From NCBI RefSeq assembly GCF_000150275.1, contig NW_002060961.1, positions 1,072,600-1,136,599 of the forward strand: a stretch of DNA of 64,000 nt, in the 5' to 3' direction. The stretch is from Trichoplax adhaerens (lineage: Eukaryota; Animalia; Placozoa). The notes under the pieces were generated by a model. The model saw nothing but the letters and a program-made list of their open reading frames with translations, was not told the origin of the DNA and did no database searches. Shown here piece after piece: positions 1 to 13,538 of this stretch. Each line of letters opens with the position of its first letter. Position 1 is the first letter of the stretch. A program made the translations under genes and the position numbers.

Positions 1-890
1 ACACTGTACTGTACCGTAGCCTACGAAACTTCATACTGTACACTGTACAGGACAGTACCATAGAGGATGATGCAGCAAGCTGTATCATGACCAAGTCTAG
101 CTATTATACTGTACTGTACAGTACTGTACGGTGTAGACATACAGTACTTAGAACAGTCACGGTACCCTAGCGTACAGTGTACAGTGTGTAGTAGTACTGT
201 AATCAAAGCTATTTTTAGTACAGTGTACTGTACTGTACAACTGTACTGTACTGTACCGTAGCCTACGAAACTTCATACTGTACACTGTACAGGACAGTAC
301 CATACAGGATGATGCAGCAAGCTGTATCATGACCAAGTCTAGCTATTATACTGTACTGTACAGTACTGTACGGTGTAGACATACAGTACTTAGAACAGTC
401 ACGGTACCCTAGCGTACAGTGTACAGTGCGTAGTAGTACTGTAATCAAAGCTATTTTTAGTACAGTGTACTGTACTGTACTGTACTGTACTGTACTGTAT
501 GTACTGTACCGTAGCCTACGAAACTTCATACTGTACACTGTACAGGACAGTACCATACAGGATGATGCAGCAAGCTGTATCATGACCAAGTCTAGCTATT
601 ATACTGTACTGTACAGTACTGTACGGTGTAGACATACAGTACTTAGAACAGTCATGGTACCCTAGCGTACAGTACTGTACAGTATTGTACTGTACAGTAC
701 TGTACAGTGTACAGTACAGTGTACAGTGCGTAGTAGTACTGTAATCAAAGCTATTTTTAGTACAGTGTACAGTACTGTACTGTACTGTACCGTAGCCTAC
801 GAAACTTCATACTGTACACTGTACAGGACAGTACCATACAGGATGATGCAGCAAGCTGTATCATGACCAAGTCTAGCTGCTATACTGTAC
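1..890. repeat. Tandem satellite, ~242-281 bp unit, rich in TACTG/CAGTA pentamers and GTAC palindromes (about 3.5 copies, cut by the window edge)
   Basis: Anchor GTAGCCTACGAAAC recurs at 16, 258, 511 and 792. Units are near identical; length differences come from variable (TACTG)n-type tracts. Confidence 0.95.
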
Positions 891-1035
891 GGTGTAGGCG
901 TTCAACACCCCACCGTACGGTAGTCAGAATTGTGTTGATGTCGCTGAAAGTGTTTCGTCATCATGTAGCTTCAATCACAACAAATCGAATCCTGGCAACC
1001 GGCCGCGATAGGCTACAGCAGCAGCTTGAATGGTG

Positions 1036-4000
1036 ATGGAGTTCCCTCAATTAGGCCAAAATTGCTCCAATCCTCAATGCTCAAGATTAGGTAGATGGCC
1101 ACCATTGACATCAGTGATAGTACAAGTAGAGTAGAGAGTACTGATACCTATTTTTCAAATGCAGTTGCTACTTGCTTGCTACAATCTTACTGTCAGGGAT
1201 GATGTTGATGACATTGTTTTGCGGATAGGATAGGGATGGCATGATCAATGAATAGGCTCAATTTGCTTTGCAGTTGCTAATCGATCTTATTAGAGAGGGG
1301 AAAGATGTGGGAAATGCCACAATTTGTACTAGACTCATTCTATTAGTAAATAAAAGCTGGAGTCAGCATGCTGTAGTTGAAGAATATCCCATCTCATAAA
1401 TCGCCATGACGCCAGTTGATCGTCTTGCCCTAGTACGACTTACCTTCCATTCGATGTGCTGTAAAATGGTGTGTAGAAAGTGCTACTGACGTAGCCTATC
1501 TTCCAGTCTACTATCATGTATCCATCTTGATGTAAAATATCCTGCATTTTCATCAACATTATTGACATTGCATAAGCAATTGCAACTGGTATACTCTATA
1601 CAAGCTTTTGATCAACGCATCTTAACTGCTAGTTCATACGCCAAATGGTAATCATGCTTCATTGATTTATTGCTTAGACTTTCTACCGGTAAAGTGTAAT
1701 GCCTGTCATAAGATATTTTGCAACGACCATTACCTTTATACGTCGCATAATTGCCCATTAGCCTATACCAAGGTAATACTTCATCATCAACTGATTATTA
1801 TGTTAAAATGGATAATTTGATGCAGTAATTGATAATATCATTCTCCTTCTGTAACCTGCTTATATCCCTCAAAGCCATCTTTACTTGCTTGCATGCATAC
1901 AAGTCGTTTCTTGATAGCAGGCCAATCTAGATCGATTACCAATTTCTAAATCTAGTGACAAGAATGGATACTTATCGGAAATAATTGATAGTCCAACATT
2001 CTAAATGTCAATTTGAGCACCGTAGTATTGATTGAATCCATCAAAAAAATATTACATTTGTAATAAGGAGAACATCATATTATATTATTGGTTCGTAAAT
2101 ACTACTTGTGTATACTAATTCAGCAAATAAAGTAGCAATTACTTACTACAGACTTACATAAGACATTGGTGTATGCTTTTAAAACTATGCTATACAGTAA
2201 TTTGTTTAGAATTGGTTAAAGATGGAAACAATACCGCCTTAGATTCACGATAGAAGATATGTGAAGGTCTTACTATACTGTAGACATTGCAGTGATTTAG
2301 AATACAGCAATTGAAAACCTTTCATATCCATAGTGTAAGGAATGATTCAGTTAGATACGACCTACAGTGTTGCCAAATTATTCATAACAATCTTCGTCTC
2401 TTCTGATGACGGAGTCGCAATGACACCGATATGTACTTGTATTTGAAACGTTTCCATTACCATTCTATTACAACGGAATTCAATGCTACTTTTTAGGATG
2501 TACAAGTACCTGTCTGCCCTTTATGCAATCAACCAGTACCAGTTGGTAAGGGTGAATCACCGGACGATAAGGTAATTTCATGTTTCGTTTACCTTATAAG
2601 ACCTATGTGTAGTAAAGCAGTAAGGTGCGCCAGTCATTGTAGTTGTTGGTTAGGCTACTTAAGATTTAGTTGAAATATTCAATTGAAGTTTGTTACTCCA
2701 AATGGACGTTCTAATTGCAATTGGAAACGGATTATTTCTAAACTAACTGTCCGATGAATCGATAGGTTAGTAGGCATATGGACAATGATTGCAAATTTGA
2801 GAAACCTGTTAAGCGAAGTAATCGATGCTCACTTAAAGGTTGCAAAATGATTGAGGTACGTATATTCGTAATTGATTAACGCTACTCAAATATGGATTGT
2901 AACGAGAATCAGCAACTGATTGGCAAATATTTTACGTTAACATTCGCTTTGAATATTAGCGAACAATTTACCATTATTAAACAATTATAATCACAACGTA
3001 TACATGTACAGTCTTCTATCATGGTAAATGATACTGTATTGAATTTTTGCGCTTTTTTGGACTTTTGCAGCTAGTTCCTGTTGTCTGTCCTAGTTGTAAA
3101 AAAAACTTTTGCCTTAAACACCGACATGAACAGGATCATAACTGCCAACCTAGGTAAAAATCGTTTCATTCCCAATGAACTAAATCTTTGTTGCCCAGAG
3201 TCAAAAAGTATCGGAAATAATCAATTTTAATGGACTGAAATATCTTTTACCTGTTAAAGGAAATGCACTGTTCTTTTATTTGATTATCAAATTAATTTAA
3301 GCTCCATATTTCTGGTGTATCTTCAAAATGTTTAAATTTGTCTAAACTAAAACATGTTACTCATGATCTACAACCAGTAATAGGCTCGGTACGACTAAAA
3401 CCATCAATCCGAGGCCGAAATACTCTTACCAGCAATCGACATTATCACAAATTGGGGGTTCACTTAACAGGTTGATTTACAATACCTAATTTAAATTATG
3501 ACTATTTAATATATCATTTCGGGTTCGTTCATACTTCAGTATTGTAACGCTTTATAATGACAATAATAGACAAAGACAAGAGCGACTCCAAAGACAGCAA
3601 TTAAGTTCGGCAAATGGCAATAAGAGACAGTTACCAGTACAAGAAAATTATGGACAACTTCAGACTCAAATGGTAATATTTGATATCCGATATAGTACTT
3701 ATATATTAGTTACATAAATGGTAGTAGAAATAAAAATTTAACTTTCCTTTACAATTAGACAGAAGACGAAGCTTATGCGCTTGCAGTACAAGCATCTTTG
3801 GCAGATTCAGGCACGACGCATCAAGGAATGCAATCGTCAAGTTCGGCATCCAGGTTTATTTATTAACATTTTTAATTAAAGAGCAATAAATTCATTATGA
3901 ACTACGCACTAAATACTAATAAAACGTCATTATTCATAAAGGCAACAAGAAGATTCTGACAAAGAATTAGCACAGGCTATCGCCGCATCATTGCAAGAAT

Positions 4001-4159
4001 CCAACCCAACCAGGAAAGATCAGAAGGTATAGCGACCTTTTAATGTTCTTTTGACTATTTCACTGTTACTACTGCAGTTTAGCATATTAATTAATTCTGA
4101 TGTTCGATTACTTTTTTTCTCAGAAATCGGAGAGCAAGTTTGACTGTGTTCTGTCGTAG
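1036..4159 (+). CDS. ZFAND2B: AN1-type zinc finger protein 2B (AIRAPL/AIP-1-like): two AN1 zinc fingers, two UIMs, C-terminal CAAX; 10 coding exons, 269 aa
   Basis: Manually spliced with GT-AG introns and consistent phases. Exons: 1036-1090, 1678-1772, 2497-2571, 2766-2855, 3071-3153, 3378-3470, 3570-3672, 3759-3853, 3942-4026, 4124-4159 (810 nt). Protein: MEFPQLGQNCSNPQCSRLDFLPVKCNACHKIFCNDHY...DVQVPVCPLCNQPVPV...CPSCKKNFCLKHRHEQDHNC...TEDEAYALAVQASLA...EDSDKELAQAIAASLQE...FDCVLS*. The exon 6 acceptor (3378 vs 3384) is the least certain boundary. Confidence 0.93.
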
Positions 4160-5299
4160 CGTTCTGTTCAAATATGATTTTGATACTAATCGAAATACAA
4201 TTTAATATCTGTCTTTTAATAATTCTGCGAGTATTTGGCATTTGTGCTATCCTGTAACGAAATATGCTCATTAAATAATATGCTATGTAATAGGTCTTTA
4301 ATGTTATTAAAATATAAATATGTAAATAGATTATATAATTCGTCAGTAACTTCACATTATTCTGCCAAAAATAACGTAATTTAAAATGGAATTACTGATT
4401 GAAACCTGCAGGCCTTCGCTAAAACGGCACTGTACATAAAATGAATGAATTATTTCAACTTTTGTATTCGCTAATACGGACTATCGCTGAAATATTACTT
4501 CAGCCCGAATGCTCACGTACATTGATTCTTGATAGTAATAGTTATATGCTACTATGAGCTGAATTGTATGTGAACATCACTTTACGAATTACAATTGATG
4601 TTAGTCTTACAGCTATACGCGTATATTTAATTGCCTCCGTACAAAATAATTTTCAATTTTTTGGTTGCATTCTACCTTGCACTTGATGATTCATATTTTT
4701 AATATTGCTCCATATTCCAATCCTGATACTGGACTAGCAGTGGAAGACTGTCATGGGTATCACAATCTGTAATTATTATTATGAATATACATCTATGTAA
4801 GTAATAAATAAATGAAGCTTTAGTCAATGTATGACTTTAGAATGTGTTCCGTAAGGATTTATCTTATTCAGGATGAACATAATTATTGACTTGGCGAAGT
4901 TGTCCAGATTGCCATAGGAATCATTTTATATAGGACGAAGTAGACATTGTTTTATTTGAAAAGTGAGATTAAGATTTTGCAGCGCTGCATACGTATCTTA
5001 GTATTTCCATTTCAAAGGTGTTGTATCAGTGTTGAAATATATGTATGCATGCTTATACACAAATGTCATTCAAAGCAAACAATTATAAAGTACTCACTGA
5101 GTGCTATAAAATATGTTGCTCAGGTAAATCACGATATATTGCATTAACCCGATATAGGATATGCTGTAGCTTGTTATCATTTCAAGATGGTAAAAAAAGT
5201 TAAAATTAATAACCCTGAAATGTCGTTAAGTGGACAACACCTATATCATACCTAGATCAGAACATAAGTTGACTGTAACGTAAGTAGCTATGCTGCTTG

Positions 5300-8120
5300 C
5301 ATATGTAGCAGATTGCCTTAATTGCCCCATTTAGACAGCTTGGCATTATTTCTTCTTGTTGCTATTATAATCAACTGATTCTGTGATCCAAAGCGGAAAC
5401 AAATGAATTATCATAATTACACCATTTATTATATATTATTGATTCTGTTAGAGTTTAATCTCAAACGACTTCAGACAGTCAATTTCAGTACCTTTAACCA
5501 GTACTATCAGACATATTATTATGAAAATAATAATATGATCAAAATGGTAGCTTAAAATTTATCACTGCATGAGATGCTGTTGATATCAATACAGCACACT
5601 CTGAAAGTTTATTGGGCTATATGCGTCCAGTTCATACAAAAAAGTTAATCTAATGAGATTCAGTACATTTTCGTAAAGCATTTGAATACATTATACGAGA
5701 GTATTAGACGAGTATTTACAGAGATCTGATCCAGAGTTTTGTTGCTGCTCTATATGAATTATTTGAACGTCTCTTACATGCAATTAGCGTAATTATTAGT
5801 TGGCTTAGGGTACTGTGTTCTTTAAATGAGAGGCAAAAGTGTCATACTTTTAACTTGAGTAATATCAATCTTAGTCTTAGCCTAGTAGATAAAGTAAAAA
5901 ATATTCTTGGACGCAGTTTACTATCGATCCAATCGTAAATTACTACTGCAGTTCTGATGTTATAAAACAGTACCTACAATAATATAGTATTACAACTACT
6001 ACGAATAGAGCATTAAACATATATACGCGGTTTTACATTTAGAATAGCCGATACAATCATCAATAGGTGCAGAAATCAAGCTTATGACAAAAGTTTCCAT
6101 AGATAAAATTTTTGTGCAATTGGGAAGAACCATGAACGACTCAAAATTGATTCTTTTGCTGTAATACAATTAACTAGCTTAAAATCTCTGGAAAAGATTT
6201 CCTATGTTTATTTCGAGTCGTTAATATGGCCTCTTGCTTTGCAACTTATTTGGTTGAAATAAGAAATCAGCGCTATTCTTTGTATAGTAAATGGTTAATA
6301 AGGTATTTTGTTTCATATATGATGGTTTCTTATCGACGATTTCCATTACTTTATCCATTTTGAACCTGTCAACAATTATTAAGCCAATATCATACCTTGA
6401 AATAACTAACAATATTCACCACAAAATCTTTACGTTTGCAGCAATCACAGCCATATAGTCGAATGGCTAAGATCGAAATACTACTTATTCCCAATTCAAA
6501 TTGTTGATATTGCTTTCTTGAAACGATAATTATTTCAGTAGCTATCTATGCGAATTGTATATTTAAATTAGAAATGGTTTTCTTATTTTGCAACGTCAAT
6601 AACAAGGCTTATTACGGCTGAAATTTAACTTGATAGCATAATTATCTAAATTAACAGTTCTAATTTGCTTTATCTAAAAATTTATTCATCAGATTGCTAT
6701 TAGGCTGGTCCAGGGACGCTTTGAAATAATTGGAATAGAAAATTCTCCTTTAAAGAAAGCGAGTTCAGATTGTGAGATTATTACACGAGCGACACAATAA
6801 CCAAAATGATATATTGCTAATACTAGGATAAGTAACGCCAATTAATCAGCGAATTACGATTACAGTTAGTACAAAAGTCCATAGAATCAAATTGAATTAA
6901 CAAGCGACTACGTAAGCTATAATAAGATACATTCAATCTAAGCTTAATAGTAGATTTTTCTTTTAATTATATTTATTTAGAAGGTGAATCACTCCGAGGG
7001 TTGATTAAAATCACCTTTGCATACTGTCGTCGGAAATATTTCTTCTTGGCATAGTAAGCAAGACATGCATAGCATTTAAAATTATCACCATACCAAAAAT
7101 ATAAAAGTTTTACAAGCAGTAACCACAGTTGCAGGGGCAGGTAGAGATTTACATAACGTCGCTGTAACCTAGATGTACACATAATGACATCATCTAATAT
7201 AATATTTGATACGGTAACTATCAAATATTAATCTGCGTTTAAATTTCGATCCTATATTTTATAGAAATACTACAAAAATGATAGAATTTAAGGAGATGTT
7301 TATTCATACCAATGGTACGAAACATTTATTATTAAAGACTGCATCGGTATCAAGCGATATTTTTAATTATAGTGGGTAAACATGCCACACCTGCTCGATG
7401 TAAGTACAATTTAACCGGATTAATTTTAAGTTCGTGTTTTGAATATTTTAATAAATGCTTCGGTGCTTTCAGTGTTAACCTTCACCTTCAATAGGTTTTT
7501 TTATAATATAGATATTACAAATTCTTTTAATGACAAATTTCACAGATACATACGTGTTTCCACTCAATGTTATAACTAGCATTCTAGTCTCATGAATTTG
7601 TCTGTTGTATAGTAAACTAACTTGCGGTGTTTACATTATCGTTGCAAGATCATGGAGTGTATCATCATTATTGGATATTATTTAAAATTCTACGATATTT
7701 AAAATATAGATAGCCGATTCAATTCGCAGATATAACATATTTAGACTCCAATCACACTTTGCTTTAAAAGATCGTTTTAAAAACCTACCAGACTCTTAGT
7801 GATCAAAGAGTACATTTACTTTTAAAGAGCAATACAACCACAGTCTACAACGGAAAAGCAGAATAGAAGAAAGAATTACTCGCTTACATGCTTCTCAATG
7901 TTTAGAACCACTTAAAATTCTAAAATACTTTCTGGGGAATAATAATTTGCCCAATTCTTCCTCTTTAGCAATATCGTCATGCGTCTATTATACTTTATTA
8001 TTACCTCTTATTAATGGTAATTTACTCCGGCCAAAATTCACTCATTCTATAACTTATACTACCCTATAAATATGACTAAATTCTCACTCATTCTTTACAA
8101 TATAATGCTAAATTTTATTA
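5300..8120 (+). pseudogene. Decayed leucine-rich-repeat GPCR (LGR-like) relic
   Basis: Ordered fragments in broken frames. LRRs: LPHLDSLAL (~5322), SNEIQYI/KAFE (~5649), LKIDSF..LTSLKSL (~6140), LSKLTVL/LSKNLF (~6642). TM1 IFLLGIVSK (~7036), TM2 LLLKTASV (~7326), TM3 NASVLSVLTFTFNRFF (7454-7501), TM4 YIIVARSW (~7632), TM6 FLFSNIV (~7958), TM7 ILP/IN...ILY (~8055-8100). Confidence 0.55.
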
Positions 8121-8199
8121 CAATTCTTCTTCCTTTTTTTTACAAATGGATACTTTTTTTAAAATCCTACAATAGCATTATTTTCTTACCGGTATAAAA

Positions 8200-11060
8200 G
8201 TGTTCTCTGATTAAATCAAACAAATCTTAACGGACTCTATTATTAAATAAATACAGTTTATCAACTGCATGAAATCTTTATTTTATACGTTTGTCTATAG
8301 TCCAAACAGTATACAATATACCGGTGGGTATATCAGGTCGAATTGAATTCGATGTTAACCTCCAATCCAGCTGGCTTAATTTTGCAATTGCTAACCATTA
8401 TTCTCATGCTACTTCATTGTATAAGGTTCTAAATTTAGGTTTTATCAGTATACCAAGGTTAAATTAAACGCATCGGCGATTTCCTTTCCTATTCTTTGGC
8501 TAGTTCGCAGATAACTTATAACTTTAATCAACCTAAGAGCACCATTGTTTTAAGTCGCCAAATTCTAGATGATAACATTTAATTTATTTCGACTCTATTC
8601 TTTCCTCTGTTCTAGCAATGAATAATTATAACCATTGATATTAAAATTAGCGAACTGAGATCTATTAGGTGTAATAATTGTAAGAGTATACATCAAAAAT
8701 AATACGATGAATTGTAGTTAGCTCATTTTATGACTACTTTTCCGGAATAAGCCATTTTAGTGAATTAGAACAACAAGCTTCTTATTTAAGACTTTGAAAT
8801 GATTTACAGCTGAATGATGGAGCAATAATCCTATCGTATTTGCTGTTATTCAATGGCTTTTAAAATAAATGGTAGACTTTACTTTGTACTTATGATATTA
8901 ATATAGCTTTACCTGCCGGTATTATTGCTAAGTTCGTGTTCTTTCATGATTTAAAATAGCCCTAACGTGAATAGAATACTTTATGATTTCTAAATCAGAA
9001 TAAGATTTTTATCCACATATCCACTCTTCTAGTTGTAATACAAGAATCTAATTTATTATCATTTACTTCGACGTAAATTAGTAATATTACAAGCCATAAG
9101 ATTGCGTTTCATCTAGAAAAGATTTGCTAAGTTCTATTTTGTCTTTTTGATAGAAGAATAGCGATTGTAAATTAATGAGCTATCCTACCAAATTCCAAAA
9201 ACTGATCTAGTATGAACACTAGTTAATCAATGGCTATCTTTCCTAGATTACTTGTAATCACAAAAAATGTTATCAACCTTTATAACTATCTTTCAAATAA
9301 ATTGCTTTTTAAGCCCTGCCAATAGTAGTTGTAGTAGCTTGTCAACATATTAGTTAAAAAAAGTCCATTCAAATGGCTGTATAGATATAGAAAGTTGATA
9401 TTATTAGCTAAGCAACACACCCCACTCATGCCTTAAATGGGATCTAGAGACATTATTAAACCATTATACTAAAATAGTAGTTTACATCAGCTGTTCATAG
9501 AGCGTTTGTTCATGTCCAAAATAGTTATTAGCTTTATGGATAGATACAATCTAATCAATTTTTTCATGTCAAATTAAGATAAATTGATGATCGAACGAAC
9601 AATTCTTATAACTACTCTTCTTTTACAAGGCGAATAACTACAGCAATGGCTGTTCACATTATCAAAATCCTGCTTTCATTTAAAATACAGTACTTTAAAT
9701 TATCCTAAGCTTATAAGCCAATGTAGACAATATATAATTTTCTTGGCTAATAAAAAGAGTATTGTTAGCGACTTCAGGCGGTATCCATAAATACGAAAGA
9801 TTAAACTGTAGATACTTCGTAATAACCATGGGATGATTATCAGATGCTAGTAAAGAAAGTTAAAAAGTTGAACTTTTTTGTTGATACTATCCCTTCATTA
9901 TTGTTTAAAATTAAAATGCTTTTGAATAGCAATTTAATTCACTAAATTTTAGATTATTATTACTCGACTTTACCAATGAAAAGGAAATCAATTTGTTCAT
10001 TAAGCTGAATCAAACAACACAATTAATTCATTATAATTCAGTGCAATAATGAATTGACGTTAAAGTGGACTATTATTGCTAACACCTACACAATTTTAAA
10101 ATAGATGAATTTCCTTTATATATATATATATTATTTTCCCTCTTCACCTATTATAGAACATCTTAACCCTTACGCTTCCTATAGTCCGTAAAAATTGAAT
10201 GTATTCAGATCAATTTTATGTCATCGTTTACAATTATAGTTCATATTTTCTTTCATATTAACAACGTAAAAGGAGTTATTTTTCAATGCCTAAACGATGA
10301 AAGTCAAATTGCTGGAATATACAAATTACAAATCCTCAATAAATGATATAGCAAGAAGCTTATAAGTAAAATAATAAAAATTTTAAAGCAATAATGAATC
10401 ATTATAAATGACTAAAGAATGGTAGAATCAAATAATACATTATAATCAATGTGGCTTTTATGAATTCTTTATTAAAAGAGTTCAAACCGTTGTCGGTAAT
10501 TTGCAATAGCTTTAGGAATGCAAATTTGCTACTCGTATTGATATCATTGATGTCATCATTGAATGCAAATATTTTCTCTTCACTTTGACCAAAGACCATG
10601 ATATTCTAAAAACAAAATTAAAATACTGCATCTATTGATCTGGTATAGGAATAACACCCCTTTTCCATTCAAGTTGTTTTGATCTTAAATGGCTGTAGAC
10701 AATACCGAAATTATTTGATAAAAATCCAAATAGTATTTGCTTTACTTTGTTTCAAGCTGATATTGCAGCCGTTAAAACTGTCAAAACTACCTCTATCTTA
10801 ATCATTTCTATGATCAACTTCTCAGAATTACACTTCACTCTTTAAATCGTACAGCGAATTTTGAAAGAGACTTAAATCATATTCTCTGTATTGCTCAACT
10901 ATCTTCAGAAAACAGCGTTATTCCAAGAAATAATTGTAATAACATTATTAATATCAATATAGCAAAAATATAGAATTATTGATCAGATTTTAATCCCTCA
11001 TTCTAATTAATATCAACTCATTGGACAATTAGAAGTCGCTTTTTACACAAATATTCTCAA
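8200..11060 (-). pseudogene. Decayed LRR-protein relic (ectodomain only recognised)
   Basis: Minus-strand fragments: LRRNT-like NCPMS* (~11025), NNVITII (~10940), FLKLLQITDNGLNSF (ORF 10402-10599), MKKLIRLYLS (~9555), LINLQSL (~9170), FHAVDKLYLFNNRV (~8255). No TM region identified. Confidence 0.4.
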
Positions 11061-13538
11061 GATCTGCCTCAAAGTAAGTTAACTTCATACTATTCATGTC
11101 TGAATTGTTTTTGATTAGAAGGATTTCAACATCCAAAATATCAACTTTATTTTATCAGTTCTTTACCTTTCAACATCATGATGCAATTTATAACTAAAAT
11201 AGCAATACTCTATATAGTAGATGTCTTTAATGTTGGATTTAGTGGTAGCGATTAAGGCTAGACAAATCTGACATACCGCAGCACCTAGTTCAATTTAGCG
11301 TATAGCTCAATAAGGTGTAATTATTAACAACTTCTGTCTAGCTAAAATTTTAGATTGTATAATGTGGTCCGAGAAATCATTTTCAGAAAATATTTGTTCA
11401 AAATTTTTGATAGGAATAGTTGATAAAATACGGCTAATAGTCTACAAACAGAAAATAAATTACTTTGCTGGCTTAAAATAATTCAAGATTTTCTGATATT
11501 ATACGAGTATTGTCACGAAATTTGATATTTCTCATATTCTCCAAGTATCTGTTGTATTGCTTGGTTACTACAGTAAGAAAGATCAAAATTGCCAGTAAAT
11601 TGATAATATTACCATAAAATATGAATGAAAATTTTACTAATCGTATGCAATTAACTGTTTTGCTCAGAACTAGATGAATGATATATACTATAACAGTTAT
11701 GAGTGAGAAATTAGCGTAACATCTTTTTTCACTAAATCTATTAAACCGGACATTTAAGGCGCTACTATTGTGCTACTTGAAGAAGTAATTTACCCAATGC
11801 TGACTATTTTATCTTGCTTAATAGAAATAGTTTCATCGCAATTACTGTGATGCTATACAATGTTTAATAATAGGTCAGAATAAAACGGATTTTCATGTCT
11901 AATAAAGGTATTTTATAAAGGACTAAAGAAAGAAAATACTTTCGAGTTAAGTGCTTATCAGTTCATAAAGTTTGATTGAAGATCAGTACTGTCCACATCG
12001 TAATGTCGAGTTTTGAGTGTAGATAGGCTGAAATGGCGTTACTCTTCGATTTTAGTCACGAACTGAGAAACATTAACGACATGGAAAGGATGCTAGTGCC
12101 TCATTTTGTAGATGATCCATACTATCCAATATTAATTACTACAAGTGCAACATCTTATTGCGTAGAATGCTAGCTCATGAAGGTGTGAGAGTTTTAATAA
12201 AACTCAGATCATCTCAAACCGAATCTTATTTTAATTTTACTATCTTCGGAAGATTGATGGTAATATAGGCAAATATTTATTGTTATCACCGGTGAAATAA
12301 TACAATCAGTGCAATATCAACATTATATTGCTAAGCATGAATAATTTTTATTTGCTTCTTACTAATAAACTCATTTCGGTAAAAATAATTTATAAACACC
12401 TTATGAAGTTAATTATCATCTTTAAGGCTTGCTTAAAAATTTAGTTCCAATTTTAATTCATCTCTTCCAACATTTACAATTGAAATTATTAGAGTTTTTT
12501 TGGCTATAACATGAGTGTTCCTACGATAATTCATTAGTAATTACCAAAATTGAAACGATGTATAGCTGTTTAAGCATGAATAATGATACGCAAAAGATGA
12601 TTCTTGAATGACTCTTTCTTATTAAAAAATTTCATAATATAATTGTATCAATTTGGCCTACATACGGGATCACAGATGCTCAAACAAAGTACACTATTTT
12701 TTATTTATTACTTCTTTGCGCTGATTAATTATCGATAGAAACTAAAGATTAGTTGTCTAGATAGCAATTCAGAACTGAATTTGGACTTCTGTAAACTTAC
12801 AAACTCACCCAATACCGAGATAAAGGAATCTTAAAATTTTAAATTACATAGGTGTGATTTCATTGGTAGTTATAGCGAAACTGTAATTTTATTGGGCCAC
12901 CTTTAAAAATCTTCCTGAAGTGCAATATTGACAATCGCTTCACTAACATTCACGTTCCTTCTTTCATGATGATCTTGCAGCCTCTATTATTAAAACAATC
13001 TGGGTTACGTTATCTAATCTAAATAGGATGCTATTATGAAATGAATAAATTATCTTTCCTTTTACAATCGCTAATTGCAATTTCATTTTACTATGTATAG
13101 GTGAATGATTCTAATCGTAAACAATGGAAGATAAAAAAATGTTTTTCTAATAGCTATTGGTCCCATTTAGCTTGATTATCAACATCCGTCATCCTTTAAT
13201 TTCAATCTTCCATCGGATAAAAATCATTATAGAAGTATGCTTTTGTTATTATATTCAAAGTGGCAAAACAAGATCGAAAAATACTGATCATAAATTTATA
13301 GATTTAGGAGCTGGTTCAATAATAATAATCTATTATCACATAGGCTTTATCAATACTTTTAGCCATAATGCATTCATGTATAATATTGTATTATAGATCA
13401 ATTTTCAAATGCAAAGCTCTATATTCTATTACAATAGGTATATAGGATTTATTTTCTGTTGTATGCAATTATTAATCTTCTATTTTTATTTAAAATAGAT
13501 CATTTTTCAAGACATCGCCTGTTGACAGCACGTACACG

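Noticed and set aside
21-665. ORFs rich in YSTVQ/TVLYC (also 26544-26804)
   Set aside because: Translations of TACTG satellite DNA, open on both strands, with no domain signal.
4020-4355. 111-aa minus-strand ORF
   Set aside because: Antisense to the last ZFAND2B exon, intron and 3' UTR; low-complexity AT-driven composition.
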